A stretch of DNA of 64,000 nucleotides from an uncultured bacterium. Its GTDB lineage: Bacteria > Babelota > Babeliae > Babelales > Babelaceae. The position numbers and the translations under genes were made by a program. Shown here one piece after another: positions 28,388 to 40,005 of this stretch. Every line of letters begins with the position of its first letter. The first letter of the stretch is position 1. The notes below the pieces were generated by a model that saw only the letters and a program-made list of their open reading frames with translations, did not search any database and was not told the origin of the DNA. The stretch lies in assembly GCA_963848965.1 (NCBI GenBank), contig CAWKFG010000001.1, positions 96,001 to 160,000 of the forward strand, written 5' to 3'.

Positions 28388-31300
28388 ATGTTTTACTACC
28401 TTTTTATGATTCCTCTCTTATATTTTTCATTTTACCTTAATGCTATGGAAAAAGTAGCTGAAACAAGGTCACAAGAAAATCATATTATTTTAAACCTTTC
28501 TCCTGAGAGTATGCTTCTAAAAGCTGTGTTTAATAAGAATATAGATGAAGTTCAATCTCTCTGTCAGTCAAAAGTAAATGTTAATGTACAAGCTAAAGAT
28601 GGTAATACTCCTTTAATAGTTGCGGCAATAAAAGAATCTAAAGAGATAGTAGAAATACTTTTAGCTGCAGGTGCTGACGTATGTATTCAAAATACTAAGG
28701 GTGCTACAGCTTTAGTTGGCGCTATAGAGTTTAATCAAAAAGATATCGCAAGGGTACTTTTAGACGCAGATAAAGGTAGTGATATTAATGCTTGTATTGC
28801 AAATGGTCTTACTCTTTTGGGCCATAGCGTATCTCATGAGCATGAAGAACTAGTAAATTTATTTCTTGAAAAAGGCGCAAGCGTTAATGTTCGGGATACA
28901 TTTGGGCGTACAGCACTGATGTATGCAGTAGCCAAGGGAAATAAGAAAATAGTAGAGCTTCTTTTAGGTGCAGGTGCTGCTCTTGATATAAAAGATAACC
29001 AAGGCTGGACAGCAATAACATATGCAGCTTGCTATTTTCATGAAGAATTACTCTTGCTCTTTAAAAAAAGAGATAGAGAAAGGGTGCTTAAAGAGATTAA
29101 TGAGCTTTTACTGGCTAGTATACAGAATGATAACATCCGTTTGTTCACTCTGTTATTAAAATGTGGTGCCAGCGTTTACACTAAAGACATTACTGAAACA
29201 CCTGTTCTCATACGAGCTGCAAAAAGAGGTAATGAGGGAATGGTTAAAATGCTTTTAGATGAGCATGCGTACATTGATAAGACAGATTCTAAAGGGTGTA
29301 CTGCTTTAATGTATGCTGCACAAAATGGATATGAAGGTATAGTAAAACTGCTTATATCCAGAGGAACAGATATCAATTGGACAAGTTTTAATAACCTTAC
29401 AGCTCTTATGTACGCTGCAGCTAATGGCAGAGAAGAAATAGTAAAAATATTGTTAGATGCAGGTGCTGATAGTAAAAAGAAAGATCGTCAGAATACTACT
29501 GCTTTAATGTATGCGGTTAAAAACAATCATAAAGGAGTAGTAACATTACTTTTAGATAGATGTATACAAGATATTACTAAAGCTGATACTGCAGCTCTTG
29601 TATCTTCGGCTATTGAGAGTGAAAATAAAGATATGGTAGCGCTCCTTATAGATCGCGGGACTGACGTTAACCTTAAAGTTGGATACTATGATACTCCTCT
29701 CTTAAGTTTGGCGGCTTCTAAGGGCTCTAAGGAAATAGTAGGCTTACTTTTAAATAAAGGTGCTCGTATAAATGTTCGAGATAATGATGGCAAAACTGCC
29801 TTAATCCACGCAGCAAAGGATGGACATATTGAAGTAGTTAAGCTGCTTCTAAGTGGAGTATCAACAGCTGAGGGTAAAGATAGAGAGCCATCATTATTAA
29901 GAGATACTGCTGATATTAACGCCAAGGATAAGGATCTTAATTATACTGCTCTAATGAGGGCTGTAAAGAATGGACACAAAGAAGTAGTAGCCTTGCTTGT
30001 AGATAGAGGGGCAGATCTTGATATTCAAGATATAATGAATAAAACAGCCTTGATGCTTGCTACTGAGGGTAGACTTAAAGAAATAGTAGCATTGCTTATG
30101 GATAAAGGTGCTGATTCTTCTATTGCTAACAGTGAGGGGGATACACCGTTGATAAAGGCTGCAATGAATGGGCATGAAGATATAGTGACTGTACTTCTTG
30201 ATAAGGGTGCTGATATCAATGAGCGAAATTCTGTTCACGGTAATACTGCATTGGAATTTGCTGCAGGTGAAGGGCACAAGGAAGTAGTACAAATACTTTT
30301 AAAAAGGGGCTCTAAGGTTACTATTGCAAATAGATATAGAGGTACTGCCTTAACGTCAGTTGTATCAAGGAGCCATAATAAGGAAATACTAGAACTTCTT
30401 ATAGCTCATGGCGCAGACGTTAATACTATTGATCGAGAAGGTTGGACTGCTTTAATGTGGGCTTCCTATCAAGGTAGTAAAGAGCTGGTAAAAGTACTTT
30501 TAGATGCAGGAGCTGACGTTAATGCTAAAAGAGAATATGGTCCAACTGCTTTAATGAAGGCTGTCGAGAAAAAGCAAAAAGAGATAGCAGAAATGCTTAT
30601 TAAGGCTGGCGCAGATGTTACTATCCAAACTGGCAATAGCTGGACTGCTTTAATGGCAGCTGCCCAAAAAGGTGACAGGGAAATAGTAGCATTGCTTTTG
30701 GCTCATGGTGCAAACATTAATTTAGTAAATACTCTGTATGGTAATACTGCCCTCATGCATGCTCTAGTTACTGGTAAGAAAAAAGTAGCAGAAATGCTTA
30801 TTAAGGCAGGTGCTGATGTTAATGTGCAAAATAATGAAGGAGATACTCCTTTGATGGAAGCTATAAAGAGAAGATGTAAAAAGTTGGCGATTCTGCTTAT
30901 AGAAAGAGGTGCGGATATTAATGTTAAAAATAAGAAAAGCATAACTGCTCTCCTTGATGCTGCAAAAAAAGGAGATAAAGAACTAGTAAAAGTGCTTATT
31001 GACGCCGGTGCTGACGTTAATGCTCAAGGTAGCATAGATGGCTGGACGCCCTTAATGTATGCTGTACATAACGGATATCAAGAAATAGTGGTTTTGCTTA
31101 TAGGTTCATATGCAAAACTTAATCTGCAAAATAATAAAGGTGAAACTGCCTTAGATATAGCGATGAATAACAAATCTCAAGGAAGTAAAGATAATGTTCA
31201 TCTTATAACCTTATGTAATGATCCTGAAGTGCAAGCTTATCTTAAAGATCCTGAAGGGTACGCTCAAAGTAAGCGATACATTAACGGCACTCTGACAGTA

Positions 31301-31666
31301 TTGATGCTTGCTTCTATTTTTGGTCACTTTAAGGTTATAGAATTATATAAAGAGTGCTCTGGCAAGTACCTTAATGTATACGATGATACTGGGTCTACCG
31401 CACTCGATTACGCTTTAAAATATAATAGCCCTAGCGCTCGTATTCTTATTCATATTTATGGTGATAAAATTGACAGGGTAAAAGAAGATAAGCAAGGACT
31501 TCTTAAAATAGCGATAGCACAGAAAAATATGCTCTTAGTACAAGACCTTTTAGGTATTGGCGCAAAGCCTTCTTTTGATGTATCTCAAAAAACAAGAGAA
31601 GCAAGCTATCTTAATGCACTACCAAAAGAGCTATTTGCTCATCTTCTTCTTTTTCGAGGTAATTGA
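28388..31666 (+). CDS. Large exported ankyrin repeat protein with C-terminal F-box-like motif
   Basis: Signal peptide ..YLNA-MEK; more than 20 ankyrin repeats; ends YLNALPKELFAHLLLF. Confidence 0.92.
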   Translation: MFYYLFMIPLLYFSFYLNAMEKVAETRSQENHIILNLSPESMLLKAVFNKNIDEVQSLCQSKVNVNVQAKDGNTPLIVAAIKESKEIVEILLAAGADVCIQNTKGATALVGAIEFNQKDIARVLLDADKGSDINACIANGLTLLGHSVSHEHEELVNLFLEKGASVNVRDTFGRTALMYAVAKGNKKIVELLLGAGAALDIKDNQGWTAITYAACYFHEELLLLFKKRDRERVLKEINELLLASIQNDNIRLFTLLLKCGASVYTKDITETPVLIRAAKRGNEGMVKMLLDEHAYIDKTDSKGCTALMYAAQNGYEGIVKLLISRGTDINWTSFNNLTALMYAAANGREEIVKILLDAGADSKKKDRQNTTALMYAVKNNHKGVVTLLLDRCIQDITKADTAALVSSAIESENKDMVALLIDRGTDVNLKVGYYDTPLLSLAASKGSKEIVGLLLNKGARINVRDNDGKTALIHAAKDGHIEVVKLLLSGVSTAEGKDREPSLLRDTADINAKDKDLNYTALMRAVKNGHKEVVALLVDRGADLDIQDIMNKTALMLATEGRLKEIVALLMDKGADSSIANSEGDTPLIKAAMNGHEDIVTVLLDKGADINERNSVHGNTALEFAAGEGHKEVVQILLKRGSKVTIANRYRGTALTSVVSRSHNKEILELLIAHGADVNTIDREGWTALMWASYQGSKELVKVLLDAGADVNAKREYGPTALMKAVEKKQKEIAEMLIKAGADVTIQTGNSWTALMAAAQKGDREIVALLLAHGANINLVNTLYGNTALMHALVTGKKKVAEMLIKAGADVNVQNNEGDTPLMEAIKRRCKKLAILLIERGADINVKNKKSITALLDAAKKGDKELVKVLIDAGADVNAQGSIDGWTPLMYAVHNGYQEIVVLLIGSYAKLNLQNNKGETALDIAMNNKSQGSKDNVHLITLCNDPEVQAYLKDPEGYAQSKRYINGTLTVLMLASIFGHFKVIELYKECSGKYLNVYDDTGSTALDYALKYNSPSARILIHIYGDKIDRVKEDKQGLLKIAIAQKNMLLVQDLLGIGAKPSFDVSQKTREASYLNALPKELFAHLLLFRGN

Positions 31667-31676
31667 AAGGATTATA

Positions 31677-33137
31677 ATGTTATATGTAGTATATACTCTT
31701 TCTTTGCTTTGTGTTTCATTGTCCATTACTGCTATGCATGAAACAGATAGCAAAGAATTACAGAACCCCTGTAGCAATGTAGAGCTTTTATCAGAAGAGC
31801 AAAAGGCTTCTTTACTTTTTGAAGCAGTAAAAAATAATGATGTAACGGCTGTGAGAAGTCTCTGTTCTAGCATAAAAGATATTAATGCTCACTATAATGA
31901 GAAGATAGGCTTCACTTCTTTAATGTGGGCAGCTGCTCAAGGAAATAAGGAAATAATTGCCCTTCTTCTTAAGCATGGAGCTCGGACTGAAATACGAAAT
32001 GTACGTAAAATGACTGCTCTATCATATGCTGCAGAAAACGGACATCTAGAGATAGTAAAAATGCTTTTAGATAGTGGTGCTTATAGTGATGTTCAACGTA
32101 ATGATGGGGAAACGCCATTAATATCTTCAATAAAGGATGGCCATAAAGAAGTTGCAAAGCTTCTTATAGCACGAGGTGCTAATGTAAGCTTGCAAGATAA
32201 CATTGAACATTCAGCTCTTGATGCTGCTCTTAAGCTGGCGGATAAAGAGCTCATAAATTTGATTGTTAGAGCAGATGTACACATTAACGAGTACTATATG
32301 TCTGGTTATACTCGTTTAATATCTTCCTTAAAATATCACTACGCTAGAGAAGGAGCTTTGCTGCTTGATACAGATATTGATGTTAATGCTCCAAGTAAAG
32401 ATGGTGATACTCCTTTAATAGTGGTCTCAGAGCAAGGAAACTTAAAAGCGGTAGAGCTACTATTACAGAAAAAGGCGGATGTTAATAGTGCAAATAAGAA
32501 AGGTACTACGGCTTTAATGATGGCAGTAATACATGGATACAAAGAGATTGCAGCTCTGCTTATAAAAGCAGGGGCAGATTGTAATGCTTGCAATAGCTAT
32601 GGATACACTCCTTTGAAGTTTGCTGATGGCAAGAACCATAAAGAAATCGTGCGACTATTAGAGTTGTCTAATACGCCTGAAGTGCAAGCATATCTAAAAA
32701 ACCCTCAAGCATATGCTCAAAAAGAATGCTCTATTGTAGGAAAAACAACACCGCTGATGCTTGCTTGTATATTTGGGCACTACGATGTTATTTCTTCTTT
32801 TAAGAACTGCCCGCGTAAATACCTTATTGAATCAGATGATAGCGGTTATACAGCTTTTGATTATGCTTTTATGTTTAACATACGTAGTGTTGCTACCCTT
32901 ATTCATACTTTTGAAAAGAAAGATATTGTTTATACCTTTGGCAAAAATGCTGTTGCCAGTACTTATGACTGCCTTGAAAAGGCAATAGAAAGTAAAAACA
33001 CAGAAGCAGTTAGTGCTCTTTTAGGTATTGATATTGTTCCATCTTTTGGCATAGTTCAAGGAATAGAAGAGGCTGGATATTTCAATGTTTTACCTAAGGA
33101 TCTTTTTGTGAAATTGCTTTTTTTCACGAATAGTTGA
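31677..33137 (+). CDS. Exported ankyrin repeat protein with C-terminal F-box-like motif
   Basis: Start MLYVVY at 31677 (RBS AAAGGA); ends YFNVLPKDLFVKLLFF. Confidence 0.9.
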   Translation: MLYVVYTLSLLCVSLSITAMHETDSKELQNPCSNVELLSEEQKASLLFEAVKNNDVTAVRSLCSSIKDINAHYNEKIGFTSLMWAAAQGNKEIIALLLKHGARTEIRNVRKMTALSYAAENGHLEIVKMLLDSGAYSDVQRNDGETPLISSIKDGHKEVAKLLIARGANVSLQDNIEHSALDAALKLADKELINLIVRADVHINEYYMSGYTRLISSLKYHYAREGALLLDTDIDVNAPSKDGDTPLIVVSEQGNLKAVELLLQKKADVNSANKKGTTALMMAVIHGYKEIAALLIKAGADCNACNSYGYTPLKFADGKNHKEIVRLLELSNTPEVQAYLKNPQAYAQKECSIVGKTTPLMLACIFGHYDVISSFKNCPRKYLIESDDSGYTAFDYAFMFNIRSVATLIHTFEKKDIVYTFGKNAVASTYDCLEKAIESKNTEAVSALLGIDIVPSFGIVQGIEEAGYFNVLPKDLFVKLLFFTNS

Positions 33138-33362
33138 ATAATGCTGGGTAAAAGCCTTGCCTCTCCACTTAGGTTTGGCCATTCTTAATCTTTTAGAGTT
33201 AAGTATAAATGGCGAAAAGTTTATAGTGCCTACACTGTGAGATCTATTTGTTTGGTTCTTAGAAAAAATTAGAGCGGGCTCGTAATAATCGAGTTGGGCT
33301 CTAAGATTGTTTTTTTATAGTTTAGTACTGCCGCGGTATGCTTTTTTCTTGTATTAAGGATA

Positions 33363-33551
33363 CATTGCTTAAGAAATAGTGCAAAAATTTTTAGTATAAG
33401 TAAAATGTATCATGCTTTAAAATCAATGGGATATGAAATTAGCAAGAATACGCTTTATGATTATATGTCCTATTTTGAAGATGCATATTGTGTTTTTTCA
33501 TTAAGTAAATTTGATCTGTCTCAGCGAAGATCTTGCAGAAAGAGTAAGTAA
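33363..33551 (+). pseudogene. Fragment of AAA+ ATPase (COG1373 / DUF4143-type)
   Basis: FSISKMYHALKSMGYEISKNTLYDYMSYFEDAYCVF resembles the winged-helix region of that family; no start codon or P-loop. Confidence 0.65.
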
Positions 33552-33811
33552 AAGAGCTGTTGTATATTACAAAATTATGTATGGCGTATAGGTAAATTAC
33601 AGGACAACTAGAACCTTGAACTACCTTCCTCAAATAGAATAACGTTGCAATAAAGCTTAAGCAGGAATTATTGGTATTATTAATAGTAAATAGGTTTTCA
33701 GAAGTATATCCTATGCCAAAAATGCATTATTAGACAAAGTAAGATAAGTATGTTAAAATAACTCAAGATGCTTTTATTTTCAATCAAAATTAAAAAATAA
33801 TAGGAAGTTGT

Positions 33812-34989
33812 ATGCTTTACTATCTTTTAATGTTCTTTTCTTTTATATTTTTTCTTTTCAACTGAACGCTATGGAGCAAACCCTTGAAGAGTAATTTGCT
33901 TCAATGGAGAAATTAAAAATAGTGCATCTTAAAAAACAGTTTGATGTTCGGATAGAAGATTAATCAGAAAAAAGGAAAGTTGCTTTACTTGAAAAGTAAT
34001 AAACTACTATTCAATGCAATCAAGGAGGCGTTGAAGAAATTATCTTAACAATGTTATTGAAAGTCTTTTTCAAGCTAAAGTAGCTAGTAATGCACCAGAT
34101 GAGTATGGGCAACTTCCCTTAATATATGCTATATGGCAAGACAACGCATCGTTAATTTCGCTGCTTCTAGCAAATGGTACCCATGTTAATGATAAAGATG
34201 CTGAAGGTAAAACAGCATTGCTCCATGCAGCTCACCGAGACTATCAAGATATAGTGCACATATTGCTAGATAGGAGCAGAGGTAAACGCTCAAGATAACA
34301 AGGGTAACACTGCTTTAATGGGATGTGTAGATTTCTTAATCTATTCTTTATCGGCTCTCCTAATACGTGCAGGTGCTGATGTTAATGTTCAAGATAATCA
34401 AGGTAAGCTTGCTATAGCACATCTTCCTGTGATTTTAAGAGAAGTTCCTGCATATCAAGATAGAAAAAGAATGAAGCGCTTTTTGAAATTGTGTCAATTA
34501 CCTGAAGTACAAGCATATCTTAAAGACCCTCTAGCATTTGCTACTATCCATAAAGAAGAGTATTTTATCGGTAAAATAACAGCCCTTATGCTTGCGTGCA
34601 TATTTTGTCATGAAGAAGTTATCTCTTTCTATAAAGATTGCAGCGTCAATACCTTAATTTAGTAGATATTATGGTAACAGCGCTTTTGATTATGCTGTTG
34701 ATTACGATCGAAGTCTCGAAGCATTTATCTATACATTTGGTAAGGAAGTAGACAATTACAGCTAAAAGGTCGCACTATTCTTGAAAATGCTATGAAAAAA
34801 GAAAGAGTTCCTCTTATAGATGCAATTTTAAAAGCGGGGGTACAGTGCCCCTTTAAGGTTATTCAAGGTACATCAAAAGCTGGTTATTTAAATAAATTGC
34901 AGAGTAATCTTTTTGCTGAATTGCTTCTCTTTAAAAAAAGAGGTGAAATGCTATATTCAGATTACACTGCATGGCAGTTTAAAAACTAA
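33812..34989 (+). pseudogene. Decayed ankyrin / F-box-like paralog
   Basis: Leader and signal peptide (MLYYLLMFF...QLNAMEQ) paralogous to 24071; several stops and frameshifts; LCQLPEVQAYLKDP module and AGYLNKLQSNLFAELLLF tail. Confidence 0.85.
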
Positions 34990-35183
34990 TTATAATACCT
35001 TTCTTAATGCAACCTAAGGTCCTTCCTGTCTTTTAAGGTTAAAATGATTTGGCTGGATAATGAAACTTTTTAGCTTAAAGTGCTAAAAGCGTGACAGATC
35101 GCTATTTTAAGCTATACTATAAAAGAATAGTTAGCTTTTTTCCTTAAGAAAGGGCTTAAGGTTTCCTAATTTTTCAATTCCAC

Positions 35184-35211
35184 TTGAAAAAATTGATTAA
35201 AAGGGTATACT
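35184..35211 (+). promoter_or_regulatory. Putative promoter of the str operon
   Basis: TTGAAA-N16-TATACT. Confidence 0.5.
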
Positions 35212-35475
35212 GAAAATATCCACATTTGCGGATTTAAAGTATGCCTGGACCTAAAAAATGTAGAATATCTCTTACTAATCGAATATGTCAAGTAAAGCAA
35301 GGCGGTAGAGCCTACTTTATTCCTTACAGAGATCTGATTCAGATTGAATCATTTCACGTAATCTTGTATACTACACTCATACAGACTCTTAAGGTATAAA
35401 GATTTTACAGGCACATCAGTACAAGAGATAGACTACCAAAAACTAGAGAAAAACATTATTAGATGAAGGAATAGT

Positions 35476-35850
35476 ATGCCTACAATTAATCAGCTTTCGC
35501 GCTCACCGAGGGTGAAAGTAAAAAGAAAATCAAAGTGCCCAGCGCTGAAGGGGAATCCTCAAGCACGTGGCGTATGTACCCGTGTGTTTACTCAAACACC
35601 TAAAAAGCCTAACTCAGCGCTTCGTAAAGTTGCTCGTGTGAAGCTTTCAACAGGTATGGAAGTAACAGCATACATAGGTGGAGAAGGACATAACCTTCAA
35701 GAGCACTCTGTTGTATTAGTGCGTGGAGGACGTGTGCCTGATTTGCCTGGTGTGAAATATCATGTTGTTCGTGGTGCTCTTGACACGGCAGGAGTAGAAA
35801 ACAGAAAGCAAGGTCGCTCGCTCTATGGCGCGAAGCGTACAAAGAAGTAA
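35476..35850 (+). CDS. rpsL: 30S ribosomal protein S12
   Basis: [18 protein letters not shown]. Confidence 0.99.
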   Translation: MPTINQLSRSPRVKVKRKSKCPALKGNPQARGVCTRVFTQTPKKPNSALRKVARVKLSTGMEVTAYIGGEGHNLQEHSVVLVRGGRVPDLPGVKYHVVRGALDTAGVENRKQGRSLYGAKRTKK

Positions 35851-35865
35851 TAGGAAGGTTACAAT

Positions 35866-36348
35866 ATGCCTAGACGTAAATCGGTAAATTTTATTCGTCA
35901 GATTACTCCAGATGCTCGTTATGGCTCTGAAGTAGTAGAAAAGCTTATCAATATAGTTATGTGGCGAGGCAAAAAAAATGTCGCTCGTAACATTGTTTAT
36001 GAAGCTCTTGATGTTTTGACAAAGAAAGCAGGCGGAGACAAAGATAGGGGACTTGGTCTCTTTCTCAAAGCTCTTGATAACATTATCCCTGCGGTTGAAG
36101 TACGTCCTCGTCGTGTTGGTGGTAGCGTATACCAAATTCCTATGGAAGTGAGATCCAATAGAGGTCAAGCCCTTGCCATGCGTTGGTTAATCGGTGCAGC
36201 ATCTACACGCCCAGATAAAACTATGGGTATTCGTCTTGCTCATGAGCTCGTTGAAGCTTCAGAAGGCAGAGGTGCTGCTGTAAAGAAAAAATTAGATGTG
36301 CATAAGATGGCAGAAGCTAACAGAGCATTCTCCCATTATGCTTGGTAA
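35866..36348 (+). CDS. rpsG: 30S ribosomal protein S7
   Basis: RRVGGSVYQIP, HKMAEANRAFSHY. Confidence 0.99.
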   Translation: MPRRKSVNFIRQITPDARYGSEVVEKLINIVMWRGKKNVARNIVYEALDVLTKKAGGDKDRGLGLFLKALDNIIPAVEVRPRRVGGSVYQIPMEVRSNRGQALAMRWLIGAASTRPDKTMGIRLAHELVEASEGRGAAVKKKLDVHKMAEANRAFSHYAW

Positions 36349-36358
36349 AGGTGTATAG

Positions 36359-38434
36359 ATGAGTACGGACTTAAAGAAATTTCGCAATATTGGTATTGCA
36401 GCACATATTGACGCCGGCAAAACAACGGTGACTGAACGTATTCTCTTCTATACAGGTATTTCACATAAACTTGGTGAAGTTCATGAAGGTGAAGCTACTA
36501 TGGACTGGATGGAACAGGAGCGTGAGCGTGGTATTACCATTACCTCAGCAGCAACGACCTGTTACTGGAAAGGGCATCATATTAATATTATTGATACTCC
36601 TGGTCACGTAGACTTTACTATTGAAGTAGGACGATCACTTCGCGTTCTTGATGGCGTAGTTGCTGTATTTTGTGGTGTAGGAAGTGTACAGCCTCAATCT
36701 GAAACGGTTTGGCGTCAAGCAAATAGATATCGAGTTCCTCGTGTTATCTTTGTAAATAAGCTTGATCGTATTGGGGCTGATTACTTTAAAGTTATTACTG
36801 ATGTAAATACAAAACTCAAGGGAAATGCAGTTGCAATGCAATTGCCAGTTGGGCAATCTGAAGATTTCTCTGCTATCATTGATCTTCTTACTATGAAGAT
36901 GGCTACGTTTAGTGGTGATGATAAGGGTGCTTCAGTAACCTGGTCTGAAATCCCCGCTGAGTATAAGGAACAAGCTGAAGAGCTGCGCTCAAAACTTATT
37001 GAGAAAGTTGCAGATATTGACGATGTATTAGCTGAAAAATTCCTTAATGAAGAGGAAATTACAGTTGATGAACTAAAAGCAGCATTACGTAAAGGTACTA
37101 TTGAACGTAAAATAGTTCCTACTTTCTGCGGTTCTGCCTTTAAAAATAAGGGCGTTCAGCTCATGCTTGATGGAGTGCTTGAGTATCTCCCATCTCCTAT
37201 TGAAATTTCAGAAGTACGACCAATAGAAGGAACAGTACCAGGAACAGATGTAGTTGAAGTACGCCATCCAAACCCCAATGAACCGTTTTCAGGACTTATT
37301 TTTAAGTTAATGAACGATCCATTTGTCGGTGTATTAAGCTTTGTGCGTGTATATTCAGGTCAGCTTAAATCTGGCTCTTATGTATATAATTCTACTAAGG
37401 ATAGCAAAGAGCGTGTAAGCCGATTAGTGCGTATGCATGCAAATAAACGGGAAGAAGTGCAAGAATTAAAAGCTGGTGATATTGGTGCTGTTGTTGGAGT
37501 AAAAGACGCGACAACAGGAGATACGCTTTGCGATGAGAACAAGCCGATCATTCTCGAAAAGATTTTTGTGCAAGCACCGGTGATATCTGCCTCTGTTGAG
37601 CCAAAAAATAAAGCTGATTATGAAAAAATGACGATTGCTTTAAGAAAGATGGCTCAAGAAGACCCTTCATTCCACTTTACCTTTAATAATGAGACAAACC
37701 AGACCGTTATCGAAGGAATGGGTGAACTTCACCTTGAAATTGTGGTTGATCGTTTAAAGCGTGAACAGAAGCTTGAACTTGTGCAAGGTAAGCTTCAGGT
37801 AGCGTTTAAAGAAACGATTCAGCAGCCTATGGATATTGAAGGAAAGTATATCAAGCAATCGGGTGGTAAAGGGCAGTACGGTCACGTATGGCTTAAACTT
37901 GAACCACTTGAGCGCGGTAAAGGATATGTATTTGAGAATAAGATTGTAGGCGGTACTATTCCTCGCGAATTTATTCCTGGCGTAGAAAAAGGCCTTGCAG
38001 AAGCTAAAAATACTGGAATACTCGGTGGATATCCTGTTGTAGACTTTAAAGTAACGCTCTACGATGGATCATATCACGATGTAGACTCTTCTGAGTTAGC
38101 ATTTAAGATGGCAGCAAGTATGGCTTTCAAAGCAGGTATGGCAAAAGCGAGCCCTGTGCTCCTTGAACCTATCATGAAAGTGGAAGTAGAAACGCCAGAA
38201 GAGTACATGGGAGATGTGATGGGTGACCTTAACTCTCGCCGTGGCCGTATTTTAGGAATGGAATCAAAACTTGGCACAAGTGTTATTCTGGCTGAAGTTC
38301 CTCTTGCAGAAATGTTTGGTTATGCAACGATATTACGTTCTATGACCAAAGGACGAGCAACATACACAATGGAATTTGAATGTTACAGAGAAGTGCCAAA
38401 GCACACACAAGATCAGCTTCTTAAAGGTGCATAA
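36359..38434 (+). CDS. fusA: Elongation factor G
   Basis: [22 protein letters not shown]. Confidence 0.99.
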   Translation: MSTDLKKFRNIGIAAHIDAGKTTVTERILFYTGISHKLGEVHEGEATMDWMEQERERGITITSAATTCYWKGHHINIIDTPGHVDFTIEVGRSLRVLDGVVAVFCGVGSVQPQSETVWRQANRYRVPRVIFVNKLDRIGADYFKVITDVNTKLKGNAVAMQLPVGQSEDFSAIIDLLTMKMATFSGDDKGASVTWSEIPAEYKEQAEELRSKLIEKVADIDDVLAEKFLNEEEITVDELKAALRKGTIERKIVPTFCGSAFKNKGVQLMLDGVLEYLPSPIEISEVRPIEGTVPGTDVVEVRHPNPNEPFSGLIFKLMNDPFVGVLSFVRVYSGQLKSGSYVYNSTKDSKERVSRLVRMHANKREEVQELKAGDIGAVVGVKDATTGDTLCDENKPIILEKIFVQAPVISASVEPKNKADYEKMTIALRKMAQEDPSFHFTFNNETNQTVIEGMGELHLEIVVDRLKREQKLELVQGKLQVAFKETIQQPMDIEGKYIKQSGGKGQYGHVWLKLEPLERGKGYVFENKIVGGTIPREFIPGVEKGLAEAKNTGILGGYPVVDFKVTLYDGSYHDVDSSELAFKMAASMAFKAGMAKASPVLLEPIMKVEVETPEEYMGDVMGDLNSRRGRILGMESKLGTSVILAEVPLAEMFGYATILRSMTKGRATYTMEFECYREVPKHTQDQLLKGA

Positions 38435-38477
38435 GGAAAACAAGTATAATTATAAATGTTATCGGGAGATATAAACG

Positions 38478-39668
38478 ATGGCAAAAGGTATTTTTGAACG
38501 TAAAAAACCTCACGTCAATACAGGTACGATTGGTCACGTAGACCACGGTAAAACAACACTTACAGCAGCAATTACAAGTGTTCTTGCAAAGAAAGGCTTA
38601 GCTGAAGCTCGTAAGTTTGATCAAATTGATAATGCACCGGAAGAAAAAGCACGTGGTATTACCATTGCGATTTCTCACGTTGAATACGAAACAGATAAGC
38701 GCCACTACGCTCACGTAGACTGTCCTGGACACGCTGACTATGTTAAAAACATGATCACTGGTGCAGCTCAGATGGACGGAGCTATCTTGGTAGTATCTGC
38801 TGCTGATGGTGCGATGCCTCAAACACGTGAACATATTCTTCTTGCAAAGAACGTGGGTGTACCTGCTATAGTCGTGTTCTTAAATAAAGTTGATATGGTT
38901 GACGATCCAGACATGGTTGAGATGGTTGAAGAAGAAATTCGTGACCTTCTTACTAAATATGGATTCCCAGGAAAAGAGATACCTATCATTCGTGGATCTG
39001 CTTTAAAAGCATTAAACGGTGATGATAGTGAAATTGGTTCTCAAGCGATTATGAAGCTTATGGATGCGCTAGACAGCTATATTCCAGAACCAGTTCGTGA
39101 AATAGATAAGCCATTCTTAATGGCGGTAGAAGGTGTGTTCTCTATTCCTGGTCGTGGTACAGTAGCTACCGGAAGAATTGAACGTGGTAAGGTCAAAGTT
39201 GGTGAAGAAGTTGAACTTGTTGGATTTGGTGCAAACCAAAAAACAGTTGTGACCGGTGTTGAAATGTTTAGAAAAGAGCTTTCAGAAGGTCAAGCTGGTG
39301 ACAACGTAGGTCTTCTCCTTCGTGGTATTAAAAAAGAAGAAATCGAACGTGGTCAAGTACTTGCAAAACCAGGTACTGTAACTCCACACAAAAAGTTTAA
39401 GTGTGAGTTGATTGTTCTTAGCAAAGATGAGGGTGGTCGTCATAGCCCATTCTTTAATGGCTATAGACCGCAGTTTTATTTCAGAACAACCGATGTGACA
39501 GGAATAGTACAACTTCCACAAGGTCGTGAAATGGTAATGCCAGGCGACCATGTGAGCGTAGAAGTTGATCTTATTTCTCCAGTTGCTATGGAAAAAGACC
39601 AACGTTTTGCTATCCGTGAAGGTGGTAGAACGGTTGGATCTGGTGTTGTAACACAGATTCTTGATTAA
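38478..39668 (+). CDS. tuf: Elongation factor Tu
   Basis: [21 protein letters not shown]. Confidence 0.99.
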   Translation: MAKGIFERKKPHVNTGTIGHVDHGKTTLTAAITSVLAKKGLAEARKFDQIDNAPEEKARGITIAISHVEYETDKRHYAHVDCPGHADYVKNMITGAAQMDGAILVVSAADGAMPQTREHILLAKNVGVPAIVVFLNKVDMVDDPDMVEMVEEEIRDLLTKYGFPGKEIPIIRGSALKALNGDDSEIGSQAIMKLMDALDSYIPEPVREIDKPFLMAVEGVFSIPGRGTVATGRIERGKVKVGEEVELVGFGANQKTVVTGVEMFRKELSEGQAGDNVGLLLRGIKKEEIERGQVLAKPGTVTPHKKFKCELIVLSKDEGGRHSPFFNGYRPQFYFRTTDVTGIVQLPQGREMVMPGDHVSVEVDLISPVAMEKDQRFAIREGGRTVGSGVVTQILD

Positions 39669-39682
39669 AGTAGGTTTTATCA

Positions 39683-39988
39683 ATGAAAAAACAAAAGATT
39701 CGTTTGACGCTTAAGTCATACGACCATCAGTTATTAGATAAAGCTGTTAAGCAAATTGTTCTTACGGTAAAACGGACCGGTTCCCAACTTGTGGGACCGG
39801 TACCTATGCCGAATAAAAAACGTTGTTTTACAGTACTGAGATCACCTCACGTTGATAAAAAATCACGTGAGCAATTTGAAATAATAATACACCGACGTAT
39901 TTTAGATATTGTTGCGCCTTCAGATGCGACTATGGATGCATTGATGAAGCTCAATATCTCTTCAGGTGTAGATGTTGAAATTAAGTAA
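39683..39988 (+). CDS. rpsJ: 30S ribosomal protein S10
   Basis: [15 protein letters not shown]. Confidence 0.99.
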   Translation: MKKQKIRLTLKSYDHQLLDKAVKQIVLTVKRTGSQLVGPVPMPNKKRCFTVLRSPHVDKKSREQFEIIIHRRILDIVAPSDATMDALMKLNISSGVDVEIK

Positions 39989-40005
39989 GGTAGAAAGGCA
40001 TTAGA

